Shown here piece by piece: positions 10,901 to 21,300 of a stretch of DNA of 64,000 nt (position 1 is its first letter; each line of letters opens with the position of its first letter). The notes below the pieces were generated by a model. It saw nothing but the letters and a program-made list of their open reading frames with translations. It made no database searches and had not been told where the DNA came from. This stretch comes from Thermoplasmatota archaeon (GTDB lineage: Archaea > Thermoplasmatota > Thermoplasmata > UBA10834). Where the stretch lies: NCBI GenBank assembly GCA_040751795.1, contig JBFMHR010000003.1, positions 256,001 to 320,000 on the forward strand, read 5' to 3'. Made by a program: the position numbers and the translations under genes.

Positions 10901-11278
10901 GGGGTGCGGGCGGACGTCGACGTGGGCGGCCTCGAGGTGTTCGCCGACCCGATGTTCGAGAGGGTCTTCAGGAACCTCGTGGACAACTCCCTGAGGCACG
11001 GGGAGAAGGTCTCGAGGGTGAGGCTGAGCGCTCGCCCCGACGGGAAGGACGTGGTCCTGGTGTACGAGGACGACGGGGTGGGCCTCTCGGCCGAGGCGAA
11101 GGCGCGCGTCTTCGAGAAGGGCTTCGGGAGGCACACGGGGCTCGGCATGTTCATGGTGCGCGGGGTCCTCGCGCTCACCGGGATGGAGATACGCGAGACG
11201 GGCGAGGAGGGTTCCGGGGCGAGGTTCGAGATACGGGTCCCCGAAGGCCGCTTCAGGGACCATGCCGGGAAGGGTTAA
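7922..11278 (+). CDS. Hybrid sensor kinase: receiver + multiple PAS + His kinase/HATPase
   Basis: VLLVDDD..SDYLMPDMDG receiver; repeated PAS segments; RHDIANQL; NLVDNSLRHG, DDGVG, GLGMF boxes. Confidence 0.9.
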   Translation: MSDATGGRKAMLVLLVDDDAAYLEVLKFFLEREGAAECEMATSARQALDLLAQGEYDAVVSDYLMPDMDGLELLKIVRLQGKDVPFIMLTGRGREDVAIEALNNGADFYVQKGGDPKTQFTDLTNMLRRSVMQRRAEREVQEGERFLGKLFESIQDGVSVVNRDMVIERVNPAMERWYPGSAPLVGKRCYEAYRSRSSPCPVCPVVNTFKSGRPCSQRLAKMGPDGEDAGWLEVHSFPVIDGRTGEVEQVIEYLRDVTEQEAAKDSSQMSELRYRALTDIASDGVLAVDRAGKIVFSSPRVTEILGYLPEEVVGAPFQSLVDREWLSGPGSGALHKALEGRERIEMRFARKDGTRADVVVSSSPVSSDRGVFDGAIVAIADVGGLRAAARGITFSEDSYTRVFQTSPQMIMIARVSDSAILEANDSFAKATGYAHGQMVGRSFKELGIVSEDLAARIERALVETGLIFDMEAVMHAASGKDIPVRLSAYRLRLEGEECSVFLSCDISLVEKGSHEMEHERDVLKAVLESAPDGILIASLDGTIVECNAAFRSLLGGIPKEHLVGRSAYALLGESEAALAKRIEEKLVHEGMVRGVGFTFNRSDGISVDAEVSAALVRGARGKPLYYVAAVRDMTDEKRYRVSLEKALSERRQMEAIIESSQAVAIRWLEEPGWPVDYVSENVRKFGYEAAELTSGAVEFPSIIHPDDRDRVVAEAGRFLEQGSDEFEQEYRIVSPEGKVAWIYDRTTVLRRPDGSVEACQGVLVDVTEMRDALDRLSRTESQLALFMDYSPVMKFMKDRSGRYVYVNRKLCEAVGISPEEWLGKTDLEIFTPETAKGLADGDRTVFETRQFGLFNEVIPMKGRPREFLTYKFLVPNTAGGDDLLAGVSVDLTEERSSERALRAANDKLELLGSMTRHDIANQLAVLTARVEIARMGETDPVRLASFNEMLASSNAIQGLLNFASEYQEIGSREPAWIPVRLAFAAGVIGLPMQGVRADVDVGGLEVFADPMFERVFRNLVDNSLRHGEKVSRVRLSARPDGKDVVLVYEDDGVGLSAEAKARVFEKGFGRHTGLGMFMVRGVLALTGMEIRETGEEGSGARFEIRVPEGRFRDHAGKG

Positions 11279-11279
11279 G

Positions 11280-11984
11280 ATGCCCGAAACCCCTGGCGAC
11301 GGGGGGACCATGGCAGGGGAGAGACACGCCGGAGGACGGCCGGGGCGCCGACTGAGGGTGCCCCGGAGGGTTATCGAGGCGGAGGCGTCGTGGGTCTCGT
11401 TCACCGTCCTCTTCTTCTGCACCGTCTACGTGGTGCTCAAGGTCGACCTGATGTGGTCGGTCTTCGGCATCGCCGCGATGTCCCTCTACGCCCTCCCGAT
11501 CGTCTCCACCCGGGACCCGTTCCAGGCCCTGCCGTGGGAGATGACCCTGCTCCTCTCCTCCCCGATAGTGCTGCACATCCTCGAGAGCTCCCGCACCCTC
11601 AGCGAGAGCTTCGCATGGTGGGACGACTTCACCTCCCTCTCGTTCGCGTTCTCGTTCGCGACGATAGGGTTCCTGCTGACGCTCGAGCTCCACATGTACA
11701 CGGAGGTCAGGATGAACAGGGCCTTCTCCGTGTTCTTCGTCGTCGTGTTCACCATGGCCGTGTCGGGGTTCTGGCAGATCGGCGAGTACCTCAGCGACGT
11801 CCTGTTCGACACTGACAACATCGCCTCCGGTGCCCAGGTCATGGAGGAGTTCCTCTGGGTCACGGCCGGGGGCCTCGCCATGGGCCTCGCGTACGGCGCG
11901 TACATGAAGGCCATGCCCCTGTCCAGGCGGCAGGTCCTGGGCCTCGTACATTTCTGGGAGGTGCCCGCGTGGAGGAGAAGCTGA
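11280..11984 (+). CDS. Multi-pass membrane protein, unknown function
   Basis: Several hydrophobic helices; WWDDFT and WQIGEY motifs similar to the next gene; start could be 11310. Confidence 0.7.
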   Translation: MPETPGDGGTMAGERHAGGRPGRRLRVPRRVIEAEASWVSFTVLFFCTVYVVLKVDLMWSVFGIAAMSLYALPIVSTRDPFQALPWEMTLLLSSPIVLHILESSRTLSESFAWWDDFTSLSFAFSFATIGFLLTLELHMYTEVRMNRAFSVFFVVVFTMAVSGFWQIGEYLSDVLFDTDNIASGAQVMEEFLWVTAGGLAMGLAYGAYMKAMPLSRRQVLGLVHFWEVPAWRRS

Positions 11985-12670
11985 GGCTGATGTCCCGCGG
12001 GATGCAGGCGGGGATGTTGGGCGTCGTCGTGGGCGGCCTCGTGACGGACAACCTCACCTGGATCCCGGCTGCGGTCGCCTCCCTGGCCATCTCCGAGGTT
12101 CCGTCCCTTCTGAGGCGCGACCTGAGCATCGTGCTCCCGGTCGAGCTCAACCTGTGGATCGTCCTCGCCCTCTTCCTCCACGTGGTGGGCGGCGTCTCGG
12201 GCTTCTACGACTCCCTTCCGGGGTGGGACCATCTCACCCATGCGATGTCCTCCTCCCTGGTCGCCGCACTGGCCTTCGTCGCAGTCGTCGCCCTGGACAA
12301 GTACGTGGAGTCGATATACCTGCCGTCCGGGTTCCTCGCGCTCTTCATACTCATCTTCACGATGGCCATGGGCGTGTCCTGGGAGCTCATGGAGTACTCC
12401 TTCGACTCGGTCGCCGGCACCTACATGCAGTACTCCCTCTCGGACACGATGCTCGACCTCCTCTTCGACTGCTTCGCCGGCTTCGTGGTCGCATCCTACG
12501 GCGCATACTACCTCGAGCACACGAAGAGGGACCACTTCGTGGAGTCGCTCCAGCTGGACGCGGCGAGGGACAGGATCGCAGCGGCGATAAGGGCCTCCAG
12601 GGCCGGGGTCAGCGGCGCCCCGCCCCTCGGAGGGCTTCCTCCGCCCTCCGGAGGTCCTCCTTCGAGTTGA
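11969..12670 (+). CDS. Multi-pass membrane protein with WDHLTH / WELMEY / DTMLDL motifs (possible metal-dependent membrane hydrolase)
   Basis: Hydrophobic helices with intramembrane His/Glu/Asp; overlaps the upstream stop. Confidence 0.7.
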   Translation: MEEKLRLMSRGMQAGMLGVVVGGLVTDNLTWIPAAVASLAISEVPSLLRRDLSIVLPVELNLWIVLALFLHVVGGVSGFYDSLPGWDHLTHAMSSSLVAALAFVAVVALDKYVESIYLPSGFLALFILIFTMAMGVSWELMEYSFDSVAGTYMQYSLSDTMLDLLFDCFAGFVVASYGAYYLEHTKRDHFVESLQLDAARDRIAAAIRASRAGVSGAPPLGGLPPPSGGPPSS

Positions 12671-13223
12671 CGTTCCAGAAGCTGAGGAGCTGCCCGTCCA
12701 CGGCCCGGAGCTCGTCCTCTCCGACCCTCAGCAGGTCCATTCTCGCCAGGGCGTCCGCGACCTTCCCCCTCCCCGACGCGAGCTCCTCGGCGAAGGCCGC
12801 GAGCCCGGCCCCCCTCATGTAGACCGCCACCAGCGGCTCGAGGTACCCCCGGACCACCGGGACCGCCCCGTCCCTCCCGGCGGCCCGGCGGGCGAGGAGG
12901 GCCACGATGTCAGGCCTCAGGAACGGGACATCGCACGGGGCGACCGCCACGGAGCCGTGCCTCGCCTCCCTGAACGCGTTGCGCAGCCCCTCCAGCGGTC
13001 CCCTCCCGGCGGCGCGGTCCTCGACGACCGCGACCCCATGGCCGAGGACGCGCCGGTACTCGGGCCCGCGGCCCGGCCCGACGGCGACAGTGATGTCGTC
13101 CGCCACCTGGGAGAGTGCGTCCAGCACGCTCAGGACCATGGGGCGGCCGCAGAGCTCGACCAGCCCCTTCTCCCCCCCCATGCGGCTCCCGGCCCCGCCG
13201 GCCAGGACCACTCCCGAGAGCAT
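12609..13223 (-). CDS. mobA: Molybdenum cofactor guanylyltransferase
   Basis: VLAGGAGSRMGGEKG, GPLEGL, PCDVPF, EPLVAVY, NVNSKEDL. Confidence 0.88.
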   Translation of the reverse strand: MLSGVVLAGGAGSRMGGEKGLVELCGRPMVLSVLDALSQVADDITVAVGPGRGPEYRRVLGHGVAVVEDRAAGRGPLEGLRNAFREARHGSVAVAPCDVPFLRPDIVALLARRAAGRDGAVPVVRGYLEPLVAVYMRGAGLAAFAEELASGRGKVADALARMDLLRVGEDELRAVDGQLLSFWNVNSKEDLRRAEEALRGAGRR

Positions 13224-13342
13224 GCCGACAGGTATCCGGGTGGCTCGTAATCAACCTATCCGGCGGAGCGCACGCCGATGGAGCCAGCAGGCGGAAGGTA
13301 TTACTACCTCCGACCTGTTCCGCAGGTTTGAGGAGCGGGTCC

Positions 13343-14389
13343 ATGGCCAAGGTGACGATGGCCCAAGGGGCGGGCGGCGAACGGATGCAGGAGTTCATCC
13401 GCGAGTTCGTGCTGAAGGAGCTCGAGCACGACTTCGGCGAGATCCCCCTGGGCGCCCTCGACGACGCGGCGGTCGTGGACGGCATCGTGTTCACCACGGA
13501 CACCTACACCGTCAAGCCGCTCTTCTTCCCGGGAGGGGACATAGGCCGCCTCGCGGTCGCGGGCACCGTCAACGACCTGTCCGTGATGGGCGCGGCCCCG
13601 GTGGCCCTCTCCTGCGCGATGGTCATCCAGGAGGGTTTCCCGACCGACGACCTCCACACGATCATGAAGAGCCTCAGCTCGACCGCCAGGTCAGCCGGGG
13701 TGAGGATCGTCACGGGCGACACGAAGGTCGTCGAGAAGGGGGCCGTCGACGGCCTGTTCATAAACACGAGCGGCATCGGGAGGCGCTCCCCGCACCTGGA
13801 CCGCAACATCGCGGAGGTCAGGAGGTCGAGGGGCTTCAGGTGGGAGTGGCCCAACGACTCCGGCGTCGCCGACGGCGACATCATCATCGCGTCAGGGCCG
13901 ATCGGGAACCACGGCGTGGCGCTCCTCTCCTTCAGGGAGGGCTACGGGTTCGACACCGTCGTCAAGAGCGACGCGGCCCCGCTGAACCACCTCGTCGCGG
14001 AGGCGCTGAAGGTGGGGGGAGTCACCTCCATGAAGGACCCGACCAGGGGCGGCCTCGCGAACCTGCTCAACGAGTGGTCGGAGAAGTCCTCCGTAGGGAT
14101 CAGGGTCAGGGAGGAGGACATCCCGATGGACGGCCCCGTCCTCGCCGCCTGCGAGATGCTGGGGATAGACCCCCTCGAGGTCGGCAACGAGGGCAAGGTA
14201 GTCTTGGCCGTGGTCCCGGAGAAGGCGGAGGCGGTCCTCGAGGCGATCAGGGCCGTCCCTGAGGGGTCGAGGGCCGCGATCATAGGCGAGGCGAGGAAGG
14301 ACATCCGCGGCGTGATGATGGAGACGCACACTGGCGGGAAGAGGGTGCTGGAGCCGCCGGTGGGCGACCCGGTCCCGAGGATCTGCTAG
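13343..14389 (+). CDS. hypE: Hydrogenase maturation protein HypE
   Basis: FTTDTYTVKPLFFPGGDIG, TGDTKVV, DPTRGG, NEGK, C-terminal PRIC. Confidence 0.95.
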   Translation: MAKVTMAQGAGGERMQEFIREFVLKELEHDFGEIPLGALDDAAVVDGIVFTTDTYTVKPLFFPGGDIGRLAVAGTVNDLSVMGAAPVALSCAMVIQEGFPTDDLHTIMKSLSSTARSAGVRIVTGDTKVVEKGAVDGLFINTSGIGRRSPHLDRNIAEVRRSRGFRWEWPNDSGVADGDIIIASGPIGNHGVALLSFREGYGFDTVVKSDAAPLNHLVAEALKVGGVTSMKDPTRGGLANLLNEWSEKSSVGIRVREEDIPMDGPVLAACEMLGIDPLEVGNEGKVVLAVVPEKAEAVLEAIRAVPEGSRAAIIGEARKDIRGVMMETHTGGKRVLEPPVGDPVPRIC

Positions 14390-14856
14390 GCACTGCGCCT
14401 GACGAACTCGCGTTCTATCATGTCCACTATGGCCGGGAGGCTGGCCGCCACCCTCGGGGTGAGCCCCTCGCGGAAGTTGTCGACGTCCTCGGCCTCTATG
14501 GCCACGAAGAACACCTCCTTCGGCATCCTGTCGGGCACGACCTGCCTCCCCATGGCCAGGGCCGTGGGGATGTTGAAGCCGTGGGGCGAGGTCCCGTGGA
14601 CGGTCCTCCGGAAGTCCTCCTCCGTGAGTATGTAGTGGTCCCCCGGGGTGCCCCCCCTCGTCTGTATCGCGTCGATTATGACCACCCTGTCGTGGTCGAG
14701 GACCATGTCGAGGAGCTCGAGCCCGCTCGCCGGGAGCTCCTCTATCGACACGCCCTCCAAGCCCCGCTCCATGAGCATCCTGGCGGCGTATATCCCGACG
14801 CCGTCGTCAGAGAGCACGGGGTTCCCGACTCCCACGATGAGGGTCTTCACGGGCAA
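14386..14856 (-). CDS. Hydrogenase maturation protease (HycI/HybD family)
   Basis: GVGNPVLSDDGVG, IIDAI, SPH; TTG start inferred from the GAGGTG RBS. Confidence 0.9.
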   Translation of the reverse strand: MPVKTLIVGVGNPVLSDDGVGIYAARMLMERGLEGVSIEELPASGLELLDMVLDHDRVVIIDAIQTRGGTPGDHYILTEEDFRRTVHGTSPHGFNIPTALAMGRQVVPDRMPKEVFFVAIEAEDVDNFREGLTPRVAASLPAIVDMIEREFVRRSA

Positions 14857-14935
14857 GGGTAGCACCTCATGCGTATTCATCCTGTCGGGGTGGAAAATCA
14901 TGGATGCGAGGGGCTCCCGCCCCTCGAGAGGTTTC

Positions 14936-16450
14936 TCAGAAGTTCCTGAGCTTCTCCGCGACCGAGCCGTCCGCCTTCCTGACGGTCACCTCTAGCGCCG
15001 GCCCGCCGTTCAGCGAGTGCGTGCCGCAGGAGTTGCAGGGGTCGTAGCACCTGAAGGCCATCTCGACCTTGTTGAGCAGCCCCTGCGAGACCATCCCGTT
15101 GTGGATGAGCGCCTTGGCCGCCTGCTTCACGCTCGTGTTCATGGCCGCGTAGTTGTTGGTCGTCGCGACGATCATGTTGATCTTGGTGCACAGGCCGTCC
15201 TTGTCGGAGGCGTAGTGGTGTATCAGCGTGCCCCTCGGGGCCTCGCATATGCCCACGCCCTCCTTGGGCGGGTTCCACGGCCCCCTGGTGTCGTCGCTGG
15301 TGATGCTCTTGTCCCTCGCGAGCTCGAGCATGCGCTCGGTGGCGTACTGGAGCTCTATCACGCGCGCCCAGTGGTACGCCAGGGTGTGGTGCACCGGCCC
15401 GGTGACGCCCAGGTCCCTCATGGTCTTCTTGAACGCCTCGTACTCGGCCTGCGCCAGGGGGGTCGTGTAGCCCTCGCAGACGTTGATCCTGCCGAGCGGT
15501 CCGACCCTGTATATGCCGCTGGAGGGGCCGGTGGTGAAGCCGTTCCAGCCCACGTTCTTGAGGTAGGGCATCTTCATGTAGGTCCAAGGCTCGACGTGCT
15601 CCGCTATGACGTCCAGGTACTCGCTGGGCTTGAACTTCACGACCTGCTTGCCCTTCTGGTCGACCACCCTTATGTCGCCGTCGTAGAACTGGCTCTTGTT
15701 GTTCTTGTCGACCATGCCCATGTAGTAGGTCTCGAGGTAGTATGCGTCCTGGTTGAGCACCAGGCCGAGGTAGTCCTTGTTCGCGAGCACGACGTCGTGG
15801 AAGAGCTTGATGGTGAACTTGCCGAACTCGACGCAGCTCTTGGCCATCTCCTCCATCTGCGCGCGCTCCTCCTCGGAGATCTGCTTCGAGACGCCCCCGG
15901 GGAGGCCGAACACGGGGTGCGTCGCCCTGCCCCCGATGATCTCCTGGATCTTCTGGCCGTAGGAGCGGTGCTTGATGACCTCGGCGCCGATCGGGACGCC
16001 CACGGCGTCGACGACCCCGAGGACGTTCCTCTTGTTCGACGGGGCCGACGGCCCGAGGACGAAGTCCGCGGCCGCGAGGGCGTAGAAGTGGGCTATGTGG
16101 CTGTGCGTGTACTGCCCCATGTAGAAGAGCTCCCTGAGCTTCTTCGCCGTGGCGGTCGGCTCTGCGCTGAACACGGCGTCCAGGGCCTTGGTGGACGCTA
16201 TGTGGTGGGCCGCCGGGCACACGCCGCAGAGCCTGTTCGTCAGGACGGGCAGCTCCTGCACGTGCCTGCCTATGCAGAACCTCTCGAAGCCCCTGAGCTC
16301 CGGGATCTGCATGTAGGCGTTGGAGACCTCCCCCTTGTCGTCAAGGAATATCTCTATCTTGCCGTGCCCCTCGAGCCGCGTCACGGGGTCGATCGTGATC
16401 TTCTTCTCCGTCGTCTTCACCGGTGTGTCGTTGATGATCGGTCCTGCCAT
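14936..16450 (-). CDS. mvhA: [NiFe] hydrogenase large subunit, group 3c (MvhA)
   Basis: TRLEGH, RLCGVC, EAPRG, DPCNSCGTH plus cleavable C-terminal tail. Confidence 0.93.
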   Translation of the reverse strand: MAGPIINDTPVKTTEKKITIDPVTRLEGHGKIEIFLDDKGEVSNAYMQIPELRGFERFCIGRHVQELPVLTNRLCGVCPAAHHIASTKALDAVFSAEPTATAKKLRELFYMGQYTHSHIAHFYALAAADFVLGPSAPSNKRNVLGVVDAVGVPIGAEVIKHRSYGQKIQEIIGGRATHPVFGLPGGVSKQISEEERAQMEEMAKSCVEFGKFTIKLFHDVVLANKDYLGLVLNQDAYYLETYYMGMVDKNNKSQFYDGDIRVVDQKGKQVVKFKPSEYLDVIAEHVEPWTYMKMPYLKNVGWNGFTTGPSSGIYRVGPLGRINVCEGYTTPLAQAEYEAFKKTMRDLGVTGPVHHTLAYHWARVIELQYATERMLELARDKSITSDDTRGPWNPPKEGVGICEAPRGTLIHHYASDKDGLCTKINMIVATTNNYAAMNTSVKQAAKALIHNGMVSQGLLNKVEMAFRCYDPCNSCGTHSLNGGPALEVTVRKADGSVAEKLRNF

Positions 16451-16456
16451 CTCATC

Positions 16457-17470
16457 TCACCCCTTCCTCTTGCGCTCCTTGACGGTCCTCCTCAGAGGGG
16501 ACTTCGGGAGCGTGAACGCATAGAAGGTCCCGAGCGGGTCCTTGACCTGCATCATCATTTCCATTATCTGCTCCTCATTTAACTTTGACTCCGAATCCGT
16601 GATGTTGAGGAGGGACGAGACGGCGCTCAGCATGCTCGCGCCCTGGTCCGTCACGGCCTTGGTCGGTCCCATGCAGCCCCTGCAGGGCATGTTCGCGTTC
16701 GGGCACATGGCGCCGCAGCCCGCCCTCGTCGCAGGGCCGATGCATATGATGCCCTGGTCGAGGAGGCACTTCTTCGGGTCCGCCTTGATCTCGTACGACT
16801 GGTAGATCTTGTCTATGCGCCTGTTCTTCTCGACCCTCTCCCTCTTGCACTCGTCGCACAGGGTCTTGTCGCTCGCTATGACCGTCCCCTTCGGGGGCAG
16901 CGGCGCCCCCTGCGTCACGTGCTTCGCGACCACGTCGACAGCCAGGGCGATCAGGTTCGTGGTCGGCGGGCAGCCCGGCATGAAGTAGTCGACGTCGACC
17001 ACCTCCTCCAGGGTCTTGACGTCGTCGTAGAACCTGGGCAGCTCGAGCTCGCCCTCGGGCACCTTCGTGTGCTCCTGGGGGTACGTGCCGGCCTTGTTGT
17101 CCGTGGACTGGGTCTTCTTGTACACGGTCTCGAAGACCTCCTCCCTGTTGGTGACGTTGCCCAGGCCGGGCGTGCCGCCGAAGCAGGCGCACGAGCCGAA
17201 GCTGATCAGCACGACCGACTTCTGCCTCAGGACCTTCGCCACGTGCTCGTTCTCGCTGTTCCTTATGGCGCCGTTGTAGAACGACACCGTGATCGACTTG
17301 TCGGGCATCTGCTCGATCTCGTGCAGCTTGCCGTCGAACCCTATCGGCCAGAACACGACGTCCGCTATCGCGTGGACGTCCAGGATCTTGGCGTCGATGT
17401 CCAGGAGCGCGACGTCGCAGCCGCCGCACCCTGCCCCCCAGTACTGCGCGATCTTGATCTTCTCAGCCAT
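16457..17470 (-). CDS. mvhG: [NiFe] hydrogenase small subunit MvhG
   Basis: GCGGC, GSCACFGG, PGCPP, CDEC, CIGPATRAGCGAMCP..PCRGC. Confidence 0.92.
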   Translation of the reverse strand: MAEKIKIAQYWGAGCGGCDVALLDIDAKILDVHAIADVVFWPIGFDGKLHEIEQMPDKSITVSFYNGAIRNSENEHVAKVLRQKSVVLISFGSCACFGGTPGLGNVTNREEVFETVYKKTQSTDNKAGTYPQEHTKVPEGELELPRFYDDVKTLEEVVDVDYFMPGCPPTTNLIALAVDVVAKHVTQGAPLPPKGTVIASDKTLCDECKRERVEKNRRIDKIYQSYEIKADPKKCLLDQGIICIGPATRAGCGAMCPNANMPCRGCMGPTKAVTDQGASMLSAVSSLLNITDSESKLNEEQIMEMMMQVKDPLGTFYAFTLPKSPLRRTVKERKRKG

Positions 17471-17471
17471 C

Positions 17472-17855
17472 TCAGTTCACCTCTCCTGCACCCGTCTTCT
17501 TCAGCAAGGCCGCGTACTGAGGCGACTGGCCCTTCATCCCCGCCTGCTCGATGAGCCTCCACTTCTTGAGGGCGATGATGTGCCTGACGATCTCCGGCTT
17601 AGGTATGCCCGTGGCGTCGTGCAGCTCGTGCACGGTCCTCAGGCCCCGCTCCATCTCCATCAGGAGCGAGTTCCTCTCCAGGTCCACCGCTGCAGCCTTC
17701 TGCACGATGAAGCTGTACCTCGCGTCGGTGATCGCCTCGCCGAAGACGTTGCCGGATGTGGTGAGCTGCCCCTTCTTCCCGAGGAGCCACCTCACCCGCT
17801 CGCCCTCGACGGTCCTCCTGGCCGCCTCTATCCTGGCCTTCCTGTCCATCCTCAT
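17472..17855 (-). CDS. Small winged-helix-like protein homologous to the C-terminal domain of 21336-22127
   Basis: ATGA-coupled to mvhD; TVHELHDATGIPKPEIVRHIIAL resembles an HTH. Confidence 0.75.
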   Translation of the reverse strand: MRMDRKARIEAARRTVEGERVRWLLGKKGQLTTSGNVFGEAITDARYSFIVQKAAAVDLERNSLLMEMERGLRTVHELHDATGIPKPEIVRHIIALKKWRLIEQAGMKGQSPQYAALLKKTGAGEVN

Positions 17856-18304
17856 TCACCACCTCGCATCGGTGATGGTCCAAGTTCGTTTATCGTCTCG
17901 GTGAACTCCGTGATGGTCTTCTGGAACTTCTCGCCTTCACCGGCGGAGATCCACTCGAGCCTCAGCCTGTCCGGGTCGTAGCCGAACTGCTGTATCAGCA
18001 TCTTCAGGAGGGCTATCCTCCTGCGGGTCCTGTAGTTCCCCCCTATGTAGTGGCAGTCCGCCGGGTGGCACCCCGCGACGAGTATGCCGTCCGCGCCCTT
18101 CTTGAACGCCCTCAGGACGAACTCCGGGTCCACACGGGCCGAGCACATCACCCTGATGACCCTGAAGTAGGGCGGCATCTGCAGCCTGCTCACGCCCGCG
18201 AGGTCCGCGCCCGCGTACGAGCACCAGTTGCAGCAGAACACGATTATCTTCGGCTCGAACGCGTGCTCGGCCGCACCGTGCGCCTCCTTCGCCTCGCTGC
18301 TCAT
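17852..18304 (-). CDS. mvhD: MvhD/FlpD [2Fe-2S] subunit
   Basis: FCCNWCSYAGAD, VMCSARVD, GCHPADCHY, WISAGEG. Confidence 0.93.
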   Translation of the reverse strand: MSSEAKEAHGAAEHAFEPKIIVFCCNWCSYAGADLAGVSRLQMPPYFRVIRVMCSARVDPEFVLRAFKKGADGILVAGCHPADCHYIGGNYRTRRRIALLKMLIQQFGYDPDRLRLEWISAGEGEKFQKTITEFTETINELGPSPMRGGE

Positions 18305-21300
18305 CCCTTCACCTCCTGCTTCTTCGGCTGCTCAAGCGCAGCATCGATCATCGCCAGTATCTGCTCGTCCCTGAAGCCCTTCTGCGTCAGGGCCCCCGCA
18401 GGGCACGCGCCCACGCAGGCGCCGCAGCCCTTGCACAGCCCCACGTTGACGCTGACCATCTTCTTCTTCGGGTCGTCCTTGTGGGGCACGATGTCCAGCG
18501 CCTTGTACTCGCAGGTCGGGACGCATATGCCGCAGCCGTCGCACAGGCTCTCGTCGACGCTCGCGACTATGCCCTCCGCCTCGAGGGTCGTCTTCGACAG
18601 GACGGTCATCGCCCTCGCGACGGCCGCCAGGGCCTGGGATATGCTCTCGTCCACGAACTTCGGCCCGTGCGCCAGCCCCGCGAGGTACACGCCCTCGGTG
18701 GCGAAGTCGACCGGCCTCAGCTTCATGTGCGCCTCGAGGAAGAAGCCCTCCTTGGTCAAGGGCACCTTCAGCATCGGCGCGAGCTCCTCGGCGTCGTGCT
18801 GCGGCCTGGTGCCTGACGCGAGGACGAGGTAGTCGGGCCTGAGGACCAGCAGCTTGCCGGTGTCCTCCTCGGTCACCTTGACCTCCAGCTTCCCGCCCTT
18901 GTCCTCCACGACGGGCTTCTTCTCGTCGTCGAACCTGACGAACTTGACGCCCTTCTGCGAGGCCTCCTTGTAGTACTTCTCCCTGAAGCCGTAGGTCCTG
19001 ATGTCCCTGAACAGGACGTAGACCTCCGCCTCCGGGTCCTTCTCCTTGACCTTCGTGGCGGCGGTCATCGTGCCCGTGCAGCACACGCGCGAGCAGTTCG
19101 GGTGGTCTCCCTCCCTGGAGCCGACGCACTGTATGAAGGCGTACGACTTCCCCTTGGCCTCGCCCTTCTTGAGCATCTCCTTGAACTCGAGCAGGGTCTT
19201 GACGTTCTTGCTCTTCCCGTAGAGGTACTCGCCCTCGGGCCTGTGCTCCTGCCCGCCGACCGCGAGTATGACAACGCCGTGCTCGACCTCCTTGCCGTCG
19301 GCGAGGGTGGTCTTGAAGTTCCCGACGTACCCCTCGATGTTCTTGACCTTGGCCCCGAGGTGCACGGTTATGTTCTTCTCCGCCCTGACCTCGGCCTCGA
19401 GCCTCTTCACGTGCTCCATCGGGTCGTCGCCGGAGGGCAGGTAGTGCAGCTTCCTCAGGTTGCCCCCGAGCTCCTTCTCCTTCTCCACGAGGTGGACCTT
19501 CACGCCCTGCCTGGCGAGCTCGAGCGCGGCCACCATGCCGCTCACGCCCCCGCCTATGACCAGGGCCTGCTGGTTCACCTTGATGGTGAGGTTCTCGAGC
19601 GGCTCCAGGAGCTTCGACTTGGCGATGGCCATCCTGACGAGGTCCTTGGCCTTCTTGGTGGCGGCCTTGGGCTCGTGCATGTGGATCCAGGAGCACTGGT
19701 CCCTGATGTTCGCCATCTCGAAGAGGTAGGCGTTGAGCCCGGCCTCCCTGATGGTGTTCTGGAACAGCGGCTCGTGGGTCCTGGGCGTGCAGCTCGCGAC
19801 CACGACCCTGTTGAGCTTGTGCTCCTCGACCTTGCCCTTGATGCGCTCCTGCGCGTCCTGGGAGCAGGTGTAGAGGTTCTGCTCGGCGTAGACCACGCCC
19901 GGCAGCGTCTTGGCGTACTCCATGACCTCGGGCACATTGACGACGCCGCCGATGTTGATGCCGCAGTGGCACACGAACACGCCGATCCTCGCCTCCTGCC
20001 CGCCGACGTCCTTCTCCTTGGGGTACTCCTTCTTGGTGACGAGCGTGCCCCTGGCGGAGGCTATCTCCGTCCCGGCCCTGGCCGCGGCCCCGCTCGCCTC
20101 GGCGACCGTCATGGGTATGTCCTTGGGGGACGAGAACGCCCCGCTCACGAACACCCCCGGCCTCGAGGTCTCGACCGGGGTGAACACCCCGGTCTGGCAG
20201 AAGCCGTCGTCGTTGAGGCGGAACTTCATGACGCGGCTCAGCGCCTCCGCGTCGGAGGCAGGCGTCAGCCCGACTGCGAGCACCACGAGGTTGAAGACCT
20301 CCTCCTTCGGCTCGCCGTCCTCGGTGTACTTGAGTATGAGGTTCTTGGTCTTCGGGTCCTCGCTGACCGCGGCTATCCTCGACCGGACGAACCTGATCCC
20401 GTACTCGTCCTTGGCGCGGTTGTAGTACTCGTCGAACTGCTTCCCGAACGCCCTCAGGTCCATGTAGAATATCGAGGGCTTGATGTTGCCGCCGTGCTCC
20501 TTGGCTATGATGGCCTCCTTGACGGAGTACATGCAGCACACGCTGGAGCAGTACTCGTTCCCGCAGTGCTCGTCCCTCGAGCCCACGCACTGTATGAAGG
20601 CGATCTTCTCGGGTATGTCGCCGTCGGAGGGCCTCAGGACGGTGCCGAAGTACGGCCCGGTCGCGCTCAGCATCCTCTCGAACTCGATGCTCGTCACGAC
20701 GTTCTGGTACACGCCGTACCCGTACTCGGGCTTCAGGCGCGCGTTGAACTCCTCGAAGCCGGGCGAGACTATGATCGACCCGACCTGGATCTCGAACACC
20801 CTCTCCTTCTGGTCGTACGCGACGGCCTTGGCCTTGCACTCCTCGGCGCATATGCCGCAGCCGATGCACCTCTCCGGGTCTATGGAGTAGACCAGCGGCA
20901 CGGCCTGGGGGTAGCGCACGAATATGGCCTTGCGGACCTTCGTGCCCTCGTTGTACTCGTCCACGGTCTCGATGGGGCACTTCTGCGCGCAGCTGCCGCA
21001 GCCCGTGCACTTGGTCTCGTCGACCCTGAACGCCCTCTGCTTGACCGTGACGGTGAAGTTGCCCGCCTGCCCGTCCACTATGGCTATGTCCGCGTTCGTT
21101 ATCAGCTGGATGTTGTGGTGCCTGCCCGTCGCGACGAGCTTGGGCGCCATGATGCACATGGCGCAGTCGTTGGTCGGGAAGGTCTTGTCCAGCTGGGCCA
21201 TGACCCCGCCGATGCTCGGCTGCTTCTCCACCAGGTACACCTTGTACCCGGAGTCGGCCAGGTCCAGCGCGGACTGGAGGCCGGATATGCCCCCGCCCAC

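Noticed and set aside
12609-13223. mobA as evidence of a formate dehydrogenase or Fwd/Fmd in the cluster
   Set aside because: No molybdopterin oxidoreductase subunit is present in this window
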